NCBI GenBank assembly: GCA_038831915.1
Contig: JAWBKB010000014.1
Coordinates: 1 to 24,000 of the forward strand
Direction: 5' to 3'
Source: Candidatus Caldarchaeum sp.
Lineage (GTDB): Archaea > Thermoproteota > Nitrososphaeria_A > Caldarchaeales > Caldarchaeaceae
Length of the DNA: 24,000 nucleotides
Shown: positions 7,531 to 14,742 of the stretch, one piece after another
Layout: every line of letters begins with the position of its first letter
Position numbering within the stretch: position 1 is the first letter of the stretch
Position numbers and translations under genes: made by a program
The notes under the pieces: generated by a model
What the model saw: the letters and a program-made list of their open reading frames with translations, nothing else
The model's database searches: none
Told to the model about the DNA's origin: nothing

Positions 7531-8426
7531 CCCAGTTTTGTGCTGGACAATGTCTGTTCATATTTTCGGAGTTCTTGCCCCAAGTTGTTGGTTAGGTATT
7601 GTAGTCCGCTGGCTACGGCAGCTGTTCTTGCTAGGTTGACTATTGCTATGTTGTCTCTGTCGTCGTTCATTCCGCAGAACGTGCACTGGACTCTTCGTCT
7701 TCCGGCGTCGATCATCATCCTGCTACATCGTGGGCAGATATGGCTGCTGTACTGGGGTGGAATTTTTAGTATCGGTATGTTTTTGTTGACGCAGGCTGCT
7801 ATGATTCTTCTCTGTAGTTTCGCCGGCATCCATGTCGAATACCTAGCTGACGCGTCTGGGTCTTTGCTCTTCAGCTTTCTTTTCAACGCTTCGTTGTTAA
7901 GGTCTTCTATCACTACTGCATCCACCTTTTTTCCAGCAGCCACAACCGCGTGTACGGTGTCGCTAACCCACTGATGTTCTCTCGCCTTCAGATACCTGAG
8001 CCAGCTACTCGCAGGACGTTTGTGGATGCGCATCGAACGTCTGTTGACTCTTCTGACGAATGATATCAGATGTACTGGTCTATGAATCCTCGTTCTGTTC
8101 AACACCCTCAAGTAGTCGCCGAGCTCTATCAAGCCTAATGCTACATCGCAGACCCCTATGTCGACTGTCAGCAGCAGAAGTCTTCCTTTCCCCGCGTATG
8201 TTGTCAGTAGCGTTGGCAACGTTCTCGTGGCGGAGTTCATCGTTTTCTGCAAGCATTTGTGCAGCAAGCCACAGTATAGGTTTAAAGAGGTCAGTTGTTT
8301 TAAAACTGGGATGACATGGTGGGTCAGTTGGAGAACATAAGTTCTGACCTGTACTATACATCTTATTGCCCTATGGAGAATAAACCCCTCTAAATAAACC
8401 GGGCCTAAAACTCTAAGACGGCCCAA
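7242..8426 (-). CDS. tnpB: TnpB-like (IS200/IS605 OrfB, IS1341-type) RuvC nuclease, with a short N-terminus and a low-complexity C-terminal tail
   Basis: RuvC-I is TVDIGV (D89) and RuvC-II is AVVIEDLN (E174). A zinc ribbon reads CPRCSRMMIDAGRRRVQCTFCG. RuvC-III is NDDRDNIAIVNLA (D256/D258). Residues ~300-394 are rich in Pro/Gly/Ala/Leu/Ser and are encoded by the GC-rich region. No tnpA (Y1 transposase) is adjacent. Confidence 0.75.
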   Translation of the reverse strand: MGRLRVLGPVYLEGFILHRAIRCIVQVRTYVLQLTHHVIPVLKQLTSLNLYCGLLHKCLQKTMNSATRTLPTLLTTYAGKGRLLLLTVDIGVCDVALGLIELGDYLRVLNRTRIHRPVHLISFVRRVNRRSMRIHKRPASSWLRYLKAREHQWVSDTVHAVVAAGKKVDAVVIEDLNNEALKRKLKSKDPDASARYSTWMPAKLQRRIIAACVNKNIPILKIPPQYSSHICPRCSRMMIDAGRRRVQCTFCGMNDDRDNIAIVNLARTAAVASGLQYLTNNLGQELRKYEQTLSSTKLGKQASETPAQSLQGGIPSLGGVGEAAGHPTHRGLEPPGALGGLRLMNLSPMTSDGAAETPRPPAEPLAPSTENRVSSLEPARLPGESLGRRKQRLR

Positions 8427-8433
8427 GCAGGCT

Positions 8434-9171
8434 TTATAGCAATATAAACAGAGCCACCATCATTATTATGGATGCTACCAGTATTGTCAAGCCTATCACT
8501 ATCGCGGTGATCTTGAACGTGCTGGTCACGAACTTCCAACAACGATATGCTTTCCATCTCCATCGCGAAAAAGTGAACATAACTATCTCATCCAATATTT
8601 CACCTAAAGATTTTTCCGCAAGCCAGTTGATTAACGACAGCGTTTCATCATCCGAGTGTGTCATAATATTACCAACTAATACTTGAAGCCAGCTTGCTCT
8701 AACTCTCGTTTTCAGGTCACGGTTTTTAAAACATAGTTTGATAATGTTTATAACAGCTAGATGCATGGCGCTCAGACCATCTAACCGGTTTAAAATGTCA
8801 GCGGACGATATTGCTTTAATCAATGACTGGGGAAACAACATGTCTACATGAAAACCGATTGAGCGATTCAGCCTATCGAGCACAGGTTTCAGCATTATAA
8901 CAAGCTTCTGTGACTCCCGTGAGAGAATTTCTGGGTATTTACATGCCTCCGGATAGATAATCATAAATCCTTCACGTGTAAGTCTGTAGAATGCTCTGCC
9001 ATCTCTAACATTTTTCTCCACGAGCTTGTTCTCTACTAATTGCTGAAGCAGCTCGTACACATATTTGCTTCCATAGCCAGTTTCAATGCTTTCTGCTACT
9101 GCTTCTCCACCCGCTTCTAAGATCAGAAGCAAAACTCTCTTTTGTCCACCAGACAGTTCTATTCGAGACAT
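8434..9171 (-). CDS. Winged-helix (MarR/TrmB-like) DNA-binding protein with a C-terminal transmembrane anchor
   Basis: 245 aa. The N-terminus, GGQKRVLLLILEAGGEAVAESIETGYGSKYVYELLQQLVENKLVEKNVRDGRAFYRLTREG, fits a wHTH. The C-terminus, ITAIVIGLTILVASIIMMVALFILL, is a single hydrophobic helix. The gene is AT-richer than the core genes. Confidence 0.55.
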   Translation of the reverse strand: MSRIELSGGQKRVLLLILEAGGEAVAESIETGYGSKYVYELLQQLVENKLVEKNVRDGRAFYRLTREGFMIIYPEACKYPEILSRESQKLVIMLKPVLDRLNRSIGFHVDMLFPQSLIKAISSADILNRLDGLSAMHLAVINIIKLCFKNRDLKTRVRASWLQVLVGNIMTHSDDETLSLINWLAEKSLGEILDEIVMFTFSRWRWKAYRCWKFVTSTFKITAIVIGLTILVASIIMMVALFILL

Positions 9172-9261
9172 GTACGTATTTGTAACAACAAGCTGCTATA
9201 AAGGAGCAGAGAGAATAGTGAAAATGTGGCATGGCATATTTATCATTATAACAACGTTTAT

Positions 9262-9929
9262 GGGTACTGTCAAGTTAAGGCTAGGCCTGCTACCTTTACT
9301 GTGAACCTAGATGGGGGGGTAGACATGAGCCGTCTGATTTGTTTGTTCAGCGATAGGGACGTCTTTCTTAGGTGTGGTTTTCCCCGCCTGGGTCAAGGCT
9401 CTCGCCGTAAGGCTTTATTCTGAAGGGTTGAGTCTGAGGAGGTTTCAGAGGTTCTTTCCGAGCTGGGGTTCTCCGTCAGTCATGGGTCCGTTAGGCTATG
9501 TTTCTATATGCCTAGGGGGATGTTGTCATATATCTCTAGGCGTGTGAGGGGTTCATAGCTGTGGACGAGACTGTGGTATGGAATCTGGTTAGAAGAGCCT
9601 TTTTAATGGGCTGCTAGCGAGGTTAGGACTAAGGAGGTTTTAGCTATACAGGTTTCTAGGGCAGGGGTTTGGGGGAGTGTATTGGGTTGACGGCGGTCGT
9701 CAAGACGCATGCACAACATATACTGACAGGGATGGATGGTACGAATGGCCTGTAAGACTCCTGCGAATGAGGAGGAGAAGGAAGAAATTCGGAAGAAGAA
9801 ACATCATAGAGTCTTGGTTCAGCGAGCATAAGAGGTGGATAAGACAGTTCAACGCATGCTTCCCAATATACAGGCCGAAGGTACCGGAGAAGTGGATAAA
9901 GGCATTGGTGACCTTAAGTTGACAGTCCC
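9262..9929 (+). mobile_element. Degenerate IS remnant, copy 1 (IS6-like DDE transposase pseudogene with frameshifts)
   Basis: Terminal inverted repeats are GGGTACTGTCAAGTTAAGG (9262-9280) and CCTTAAGTTGACAGTCCC (9912-9929). Broken frames encode PAWVKALAVRLYSEGLSLRR (HTH) and NIIESWFSEHKRWIRQFNACFP (a C-terminal motif of the N-x-[IV]-E...K-R-R...F type). The element is homologous to copy 2. Confidence 0.7.
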
Positions 9930-9969
9930 TTGTTGGGAGGCGATATCATAATATGTAGAGCGATGGTAA

Positions 9970-10242
9970 CTAGCCTAGACCTTTTAGGCAGTTTTTTATC
10001 CATGCATCAGTTACTTCGATGAAAAGTTTGTTTAACTCTTTAACACATATCTCTAGCTCTTGTAGTTGGGGCTCGTCCGAGATATCGTATGGTATGAATG
10101 CGCCTACTGCCCAGCTTGGCGGTGGAGAATAATCATCTATGCTGATGCACCAGTACTCGAGTTTTTTATTTAGACCTGCGAAGTGCATGAAGTCTTCGGA
10201 GACCTTTCCCCACAGCGTAAGCGCTCTCTTACCAACATCCAT
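9970..10242 (-). CDS. Hypothetical protein, possibly the 3' part of a gene disrupted by an in-frame TAA
   Basis: 90-aa ORF. The same frame stays open upstream to 10380. A TAA at 10381-10383 separates it from a 21-codon ATG-initiated ORF starting at 10446. I do not recognise a family. Confidence 0.3.
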   Translation of the reverse strand: MDVGKRALTLWGKVSEDFMHFAGLNKKLEYWCISIDDYSPPPSWAVGAFIPYDISDEPQLQELEICVKELNKLFIEVTDAWIKNCLKGLG

Positions 10243-10545
10243 ATCATCAATAACTGAGGCGAAATCCTCTTTGAGGAACTTAGCGATGCTCTTCTCCGCC
10301 CTTAACTTTCTATTAAACTCGTCGAGCCGTGTGAAGGGGTTTACCTCATCTATCCTGTAGTGGTCTCGGTCTATGCAGTATTAAATGGTCATTGCCTCGA
10401 CTGATATCCTGATCGGCTGGAAGCAGAGGGGAAGACATCCAATCATAAACGCACCGTATAAATGGTCTACTCAAGGTCTCAACACTGTTGCCCATACAAT
10501 CGGATAGGTTAGGGTAAACTTGCCCATGTCGGCTAGTATCCTATC

Positions 10546-10749
10546 CTACCCACCGATCGTCTTCACTTTTCTTACAAACCCAGCATGAACATCATCTAGT
10601 AGCGACAGGATTGCACTGCATATCTTACGGGCCAATGGAAGTTCCTCAACACTCCTCAAAACATCCGGCAGATACTCCTTCAACACCCTCTCTCGAAACA
10701 GACTAGTACATGCATTATCTGATGATTTACCATTCTCTCCAAACATCAA
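10546..10749 (-). CDS. Hypothetical small protein
   Basis: 67-aa ORF in the cargo between the two IS remnants. I do not recognise a family. Confidence 0.25.
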   Translation of the reverse strand: MMFGENGKSSDNACTSLFRERVLKEYLPDVLRSVEELPLARKICSAILSLLDDVHAGFVRKVKTIGG

Positions 10750-10798
10750 TTATTAACTGCGAAGAAAGATGACATAAACGTTCAACGATAGATCTTAA

Positions 10799-11344
10799 GG
10801 GACTGTCAACTTAAGACCATCCAATGCCCTTATCCACTTGTCCTGTATCTTCTGCCTGTATGTTGGGAAGCATGCGTTGAACTGTATTATCCTACTCTTC
10901 GGCCCGATGAACCGAGACTCTACAGCGTTCCTCTTACCTAATGTCTCTCCTCAAGCCCCGAACCTTCACAGGCCATCCATACTATGGGGCCCTATCCGTG
11001 TAGACGGTAGGGTTGTTAGCGCACCAATCCCTACCCACCTCAAGAAACCTTATGCGCTCAGCTATACAGCCCATACACAGGTCCTCCTGACAAGATATAG
11101 AACCAATCCCTGACAGACTCGAGGCTTAATCCTAGCTCGCATAATATCTCCGCTACCCTCCTGAGGCTGAGCCCCTCGACGTACAGCCTAACACCTAGAG
11201 CCCTGACCCACGGAGGCGTCCTGAGACGGGGAAAGACATTTCTATCACAGAAGAAACCTATAAGACGGCCTAGGCCGACCCCAATTCTATTCACCCACAA
11301 CTAATGGGAAGGCCCAGACCATAGACCTTAAGTTGACAGTTCCC
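10799..11344 (-). mobile_element. Degenerate IS remnant, copy 2 (same family as copy 1, internally deleted)
   Basis: Termini are GGGACTGTCAACTTAAGA (10799-10816) and CCTTAAGTTGACAGTTCCC (11326-11344). The minus-strand ORF at 11058-11300 encodes PPWVRALGVRLYVEGLSLRRVAEIL (HTH). Downstream fragments parallel the C-terminus of copy 1 (FNACFPTYRQKIQDKWIRALDGLKLTV). Confidence 0.7.
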
Positions 11345-11650
11345 GAGCCATTGGGAGAGAGCATATACTATTATGGGAGTCATTAAAGAAACTGGTGAAG
11401 GAAGGTGGAGAAGATATCAAGACTAAAGGATAAGATTGTCTAAGTTAAGAGGCTTAGGGAGAACTACATCTGCCTGTTGGGAAAGACCCTAACACGTCCT
11501 TCCTTATGAGAAACGCATCATGACTCCTCTCCCTCAGAAACATGAATAATATGGGAAAGAACTAGGATAAACACCGTAATACCTAACAAAGCCCCACCCA
11601 TAACGGCAAAACATTTCATCTAGGTATATGCGCCCAAATATTTAGACCGT

Positions 11651-11669
11651 AATCCCACCCCTCGCACGG
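11651..11669 (+). repeat. att-like direct repeat, right copy (a partial copy of the tRNA-Leu 3' end)
   Basis: AATCCCACCCCTCGCACGG matches 6822-6840 at 18 of 19 positions in the same orientation. The flanks on both sides are unrelated. Confidence 0.6.
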
Positions 11670-11714
11670 TATGTCTTTGGTAACGGTTAACTGTCGGGTT
11701 TTGTTTGGTGGTTT

Positions 11715-12647
11715 ATGGTTTTTTATAGTTTTGATGATGTTTTGCGGGTTTTGCGTGTTTTTCGGGAGACGCCTTGTGAAGTGAGTGATGAGTTGCGGGG
11801 TTGGCGTTGGCGTGACCCACCGCTTCTTTCTCCCTACCGTGTCCACGTAAATGCTTCGGACCTTTCGTTTCGATGTGATTCGGGGCGGTTTGGATATCTC
11901 CGGTATGTTTCGCGTGTGCGGGAGAAGCCGAATGATGATTTGTTGTTTGGCTCTGTTGTTCATAGGATTGTTGTTGAGGCTTCGACGTGGGCTAAGGGTG
12001 TTATTGTTCATCGAAGGCCTTCGAGCGGGCGTTTGTTCTACGATGAGATGACGCGGGTTGGTGATGAGCTGCGTGGTGACCGTGTTTTTTCGCGTTTTCG
12101 GGATGTTTTTGATTCGTTGTGGAGTTCGGCGTGTTTTGTTTATTCTTCTGCGTTGGACAGGGTTTTGTCGTCGTCGCGTTATTTGGGCTGGGATGGTGTT
12201 GCTTACCGTGTTGTGCCGTGGGTTTGTGAGTTTCCTGTCGACGGTAGGCTGCTGGGTCTTAACCGGGCGGTGAGGGTTGACGCGTTGATTCCGCCGAATG
12301 TTTTGGTCGAGTTTAAGACACGTCCTCCTTCGCGGTTGTTTGAAGTTGTTTTGGCGGGTTACGGGCTTTGCTTCGAATCGATGTTCCACGTCCCCGTAAA
12401 CTACGGCGTGATTCTCTATATCAACTTCGAGGAAGGTGGGAGGTTTAGAGTGTATGAGCATTTTGTCGCGTTAGACGACGCGTTGCGGATGGAGTTTGTC
12501 GAGAGACGTGACCTGCTGCTGCGCGTCGTGGCTGAGAAGCTTGACCCAGGCCTTCCACCTGAATGCGACAAATCATGCCCCTACCTGAAAATCTGCAGAA
12601 AAGACCACGCGGAATCACGGCTTCGAGTCGACGACAACAGCCCCTGA
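11715..12647 (+). CDS. csa1: Csa1 (Cas4-like PD-(D/E)xK nuclease of type I-A systems)
   Basis: 310 aa. The N-terminal ELRGWRWRDPP motif matches my recollection of Csa1. The nuclease core is VDALIPPNVLVEFKT (D...E-x-K). Cys residues are placed as in Cas4 iron-sulfur clusters (FRCDSG near the N-terminus, CDKSCPYLKIC at the C-terminus). A CRISPR mini-array follows directly. Confidence 0.75.
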   Translation: MVFYSFDDVLRVLRVFRETPCEVSDELRGWRWRDPPLLSPYRVHVNASDLSFRCDSGRFGYLRYVSRVREKPNDDLLFGSVVHRIVVEASTWAKGVIVHRRPSSGRLFYDEMTRVGDELRGDRVFSRFRDVFDSLWSSACFVYSSALDRVLSSSRYLGWDGVAYRVVPWVCEFPVDGRLLGLNRAVRVDALIPPNVLVEFKTRPPSRLFEVVLAGYGLCFESMFHVPVNYGVILYINFEEGGRFRVYEHFVALDDALRMEFVERRDLLLRVVAEKLDPGLPPECDKSCPYLKICRKDHAESRLRVDDNSP

Positions 12648-12712
12648 CACCTCCACTTCTGCAAGATAACGGCTCCAATCATAACGGTGGTTGGGGTCGG
12701 AACAATAGTCAT

Positions 12713-12881
12713 CTTTCAACTCCCTCTTGCGGGATCACAGGCTACAACGACAATTACATGAATTGGCATCTGATTCGGAACTCTCAACTCCTTCTTGCGG
12801 GATCATTTACAGCTGTGGTTCCTGCACCTCAACCACCACGGCTATATGGTGTGATCTTTCGATTCCCTCTTGCGGGATCAC
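12713..12881 (-). CRISPR. Degenerate mini-CRISPR array (3 repeats, 2 spacers)
   Basis: Repeats lie at 12713-12738 (1 mismatch), 12781-12806 (4 mismatches) and 12856-12881 (1 mismatch) relative to the main-array repeat CTTTCAATTCCCTCTTGCGGGATCAC. Spacers are 42 and 49 nt. The strand is assigned from the ATTGAAAG rule. Confidence 0.85.
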
Positions 12882-12914
12882 ACGGAGGAAAGAGAATTCG
12901 AGCAGACCACCTTA

Positions 12915-13271
12915 ATGTACACTAGGAACGTGATAGCTGCTCTCCTAGGACACAAACTGATAAACGATGGGTTTTTACAGATAAGCGACGAGCCTGAACA
13001 ACAAGTGGGAGTGAAGTTCACAAACGATGCTACAAAGCTAGTTTTCGATGAAATTGTAAAGGCGCATGATTACGATGGTGTTGTTGCAGAAAGAGAAGCA
13101 GTCATGGTAGGTCTTAGGAGGGCCGTGCGCAGATGGTATCATGAGATGCTGAAAACTAACTTACCGGAAGAAATATTAGACTACTACATGAAATGCTTGA
13201 AACCAATAATACCTGATGTGTTAGAAGCAGTAAGTAAAGCAACTAGTTCGAGCAATGAGCAAAAAATTTAG
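12915..13271 (+). CDS. Hypothetical helical protein (ORFan)
   Basis: The track ORF 12870-13271 starts inside the last mini-array repeat, so the ATG at 12915 (MYTRNVIAALLGHK...) is more plausible. The region is AT-rich. I do not recognise a family. Confidence 0.4.
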   Translation: MYTRNVIAALLGHKLINDGFLQISDEPEQQVGVKFTNDATKLVFDEIVKAHDYDGVVAEREAVMVGLRRAVRRWYHEMLKTNLPEEILDYYMKCLKPIIPDVLEAVSKATSSSNEQKI

Positions 13272-13826
13272 CGTAAGACAATAGTTGATTGACCGACAAT
13301 GAATTACTGCTTGGGCCATCTGCATTGCGTTCCCGAAGATTTTGGAATGTACGTTTAGCTAGTGGTAGGGCTGTTTATCATCGTAACAACTCACGGCCTC
13401 GAAAAATTCCCAGCTGCAGAATCCTGCGAGTGTTGCGGTTGGTTAGGAAATGTCCAAAACTGCGTTCGTTAAGTCTCCGTAGAAAGTGTCAGGGCTTGCT
13501 GATATGCCAACTATTGACGACTGCAAGCATGTCGCTTTGTCTGCTAAAGCTTACGCTACCTAATGCTTAAACTACCTATGTGTCTCTAGAAGATGCTACA
13601 CTAACCTGCAATGGAAAACGCGCGAAACGTGTTGTTTTTAAAGTGGGTGTGACGTTACGGTTGGTCTTAGGTTTAGGACACCGAGTATTCATAGGAATTC
13701 GTTTTTCGACGAGGTTCAAGATGGGAGAAGTGTAAACTTTGTAGGTTGACAACGGAGTGCCGTGTTTTAGTTTTAAAGAACTAGAGTAGTAGGTATGTTC
13801 CAGCGAGTTGTTCGCTTCGGCATCAT

Positions 13827-13985
13827 ATGGCAGAGCGGTATTGTTCGAGATGTATGAAGACGTATCCCGACGCCTGCAGGTGTCCAGAACACGGAGTAAA
13901 GCTTAGGGCGGGGCCGAGTAAGAAGAAGCGGGATAATGTTCGCTATGTAAGTGTTTCTGAGGAGTTTTTGGGCGAATTTGTATGA
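13827..13985 (+). CDS. Possible 52-aa zinc-ribbon protein (below the ORF-track cutoff)
   Basis: My own translation is MAERYCSRCMKTYPDACRCPEHGVKLRAGPSKKKRDNVRYVSVSEEFLGEFV. It has a CxxC ... CxC..H arrangement and a basic tract. Confidence 0.3.
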   Translation: MAERYCSRCMKTYPDACRCPEHGVKLRAGPSKKKRDNVRYVSVSEEFLGEFV

Positions 13986-14274
13986 TGAGCTTATTTTCTA
14001 GTGCATGGCCAGCTGTTATCATCTTGACCTCTTTATTCATCAGACTGGAGGAGTTTCGAGGTTCAGAGGGCTCATTATAATGCTTCGTGGGCGGGGCGAG
14101 ACATGTAAAGCAGTGTTAATAATATCGTGGAGACTGCTTGGGAGTGGAAGAAAGAACACAAAACAAACCACCAATTAATCCCGCCACCCCATAATAATCT
14201 ATTTTCCACAAACATTTGCAACTCTCGTTTGTGTGACAAGCCGGTTTTTATCATGGAAGACCATCCGGTTCGTC

Positions 14275-14742
14275 ATGGTTGTCGAAGGTGGTGAAGCGCC
14301 TGATTTCGAGTTGCCGGCGCACACGGGCGAGAAAATCCGTTTATCTAGCTTCCGTGGAAAAAACGTCGTGTTGTTCTTCTACCCGAAAGACGGTTCGCCG
14401 GGATGCACGCGTGAAAACTGTCTACTCCGAGACAGCATTCATGATTTTGAAAGATTCAACGCTGTAGCGATTGGAATAAGCCGGGACAGCGTGGACAGCC
14501 ACCGCAAATTCGCCGAAAAACACAGGCTAACACATCTTCTTCTCAGCGATTCACGCGGCGAAGTCGTGAAAGCTTACAACGCCGCGGGGCTTCTCGGCAT
14601 CACGAAACGCATAACCTACGTCATCGACCGTGAAGGAAAAATCCGCAAAATCATCCAGTCGATAAACCCGTCGGTCCACGTGACGGAGGCGTTGAAAGCC
14701 CTTGCATCGATAGAAACCGCTTCAGCCTTTGAGAAGCGCTGA
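14275..14742 (+). CDS. bcp: Peroxiredoxin, Bcp-type thiol peroxidase
   Basis: APDFELPAHTGEKIRLSSFRGKNVVLFFYPKDGSPGCTRENC carries the peroxidatic and resolving Cys pair (C-x4-C). I take the ATG at 14275 as the start rather than the GTG at 14233. Confidence 0.88.
   Translation: MVVEGGEAPDFELPAHTGEKIRLSSFRGKNVVLFFYPKDGSPGCTRENCLLRDSIHDFERFNAVAIGISRDSVDSHRKFAEKHRLTHLLLSDSRGEVVKAYNAAGLLGITKRITYVIDREGKIRKIIQSINPSVHVTEALKALASIETASAFEKR

Noticed and set aside
7195-7974. 259-aa plus-strand ORF, plus smaller ORFs at 7100-7372 and 7214-7399, over the GC-rich region
   Set aside because: They are antisense to the tnpB-like gene. They stay open only because GC-rich structured sequence has few stop codons, and the translations are low-complexity G/P/S/R/L sequence.
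11616-12461. 281-aa minus-strand ORF overlapping csa1
   Set aside because: The translation is extreme low-complexity sequence (runs of R/N/P/T/K/Q). It is antisense to a motif-bearing Csa1 ORF, so it is a shadow ORF.
12563-12925. Plus-strand ORFs running through the mini-array (12563-12925, 12727-12915) and the track start of 12870 for the next ORF
   Set aside because: They translate CRISPR repeats; LSTPSCGIT and FPLAGSHG recur as repeat-derived peptides. They are not coding.
13289-13570. 93-aa TTG-initiated ORF in the AT-rich zone
   Set aside because: It has a non-ATG start and a highly basic, Arg/Leu/Ser-rich composition with no motif. It looks like random open frame, and nothing else supports it.
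13981-14050. Possible C/D-box sRNA starting at ATGATGA (13982-13988)
   Set aside because: A C-box-like RUGAUGA is present, but I could not find correctly spaced D', C' and terminal D (CUGA) boxes or a terminal stem.
14177-14191. Possible third, more degenerate att copy (AATCCCGCCACCCCA) at the border between the AT-rich zone and bcp
   Set aside because: Only about 11 matching nt, with a 3-nt indel, relative to the tRNA 3' end, which is within chance expectation. If real, it would place csa1 and the mini-array inside a second integrated element, but the evidence is too weak to claim this.
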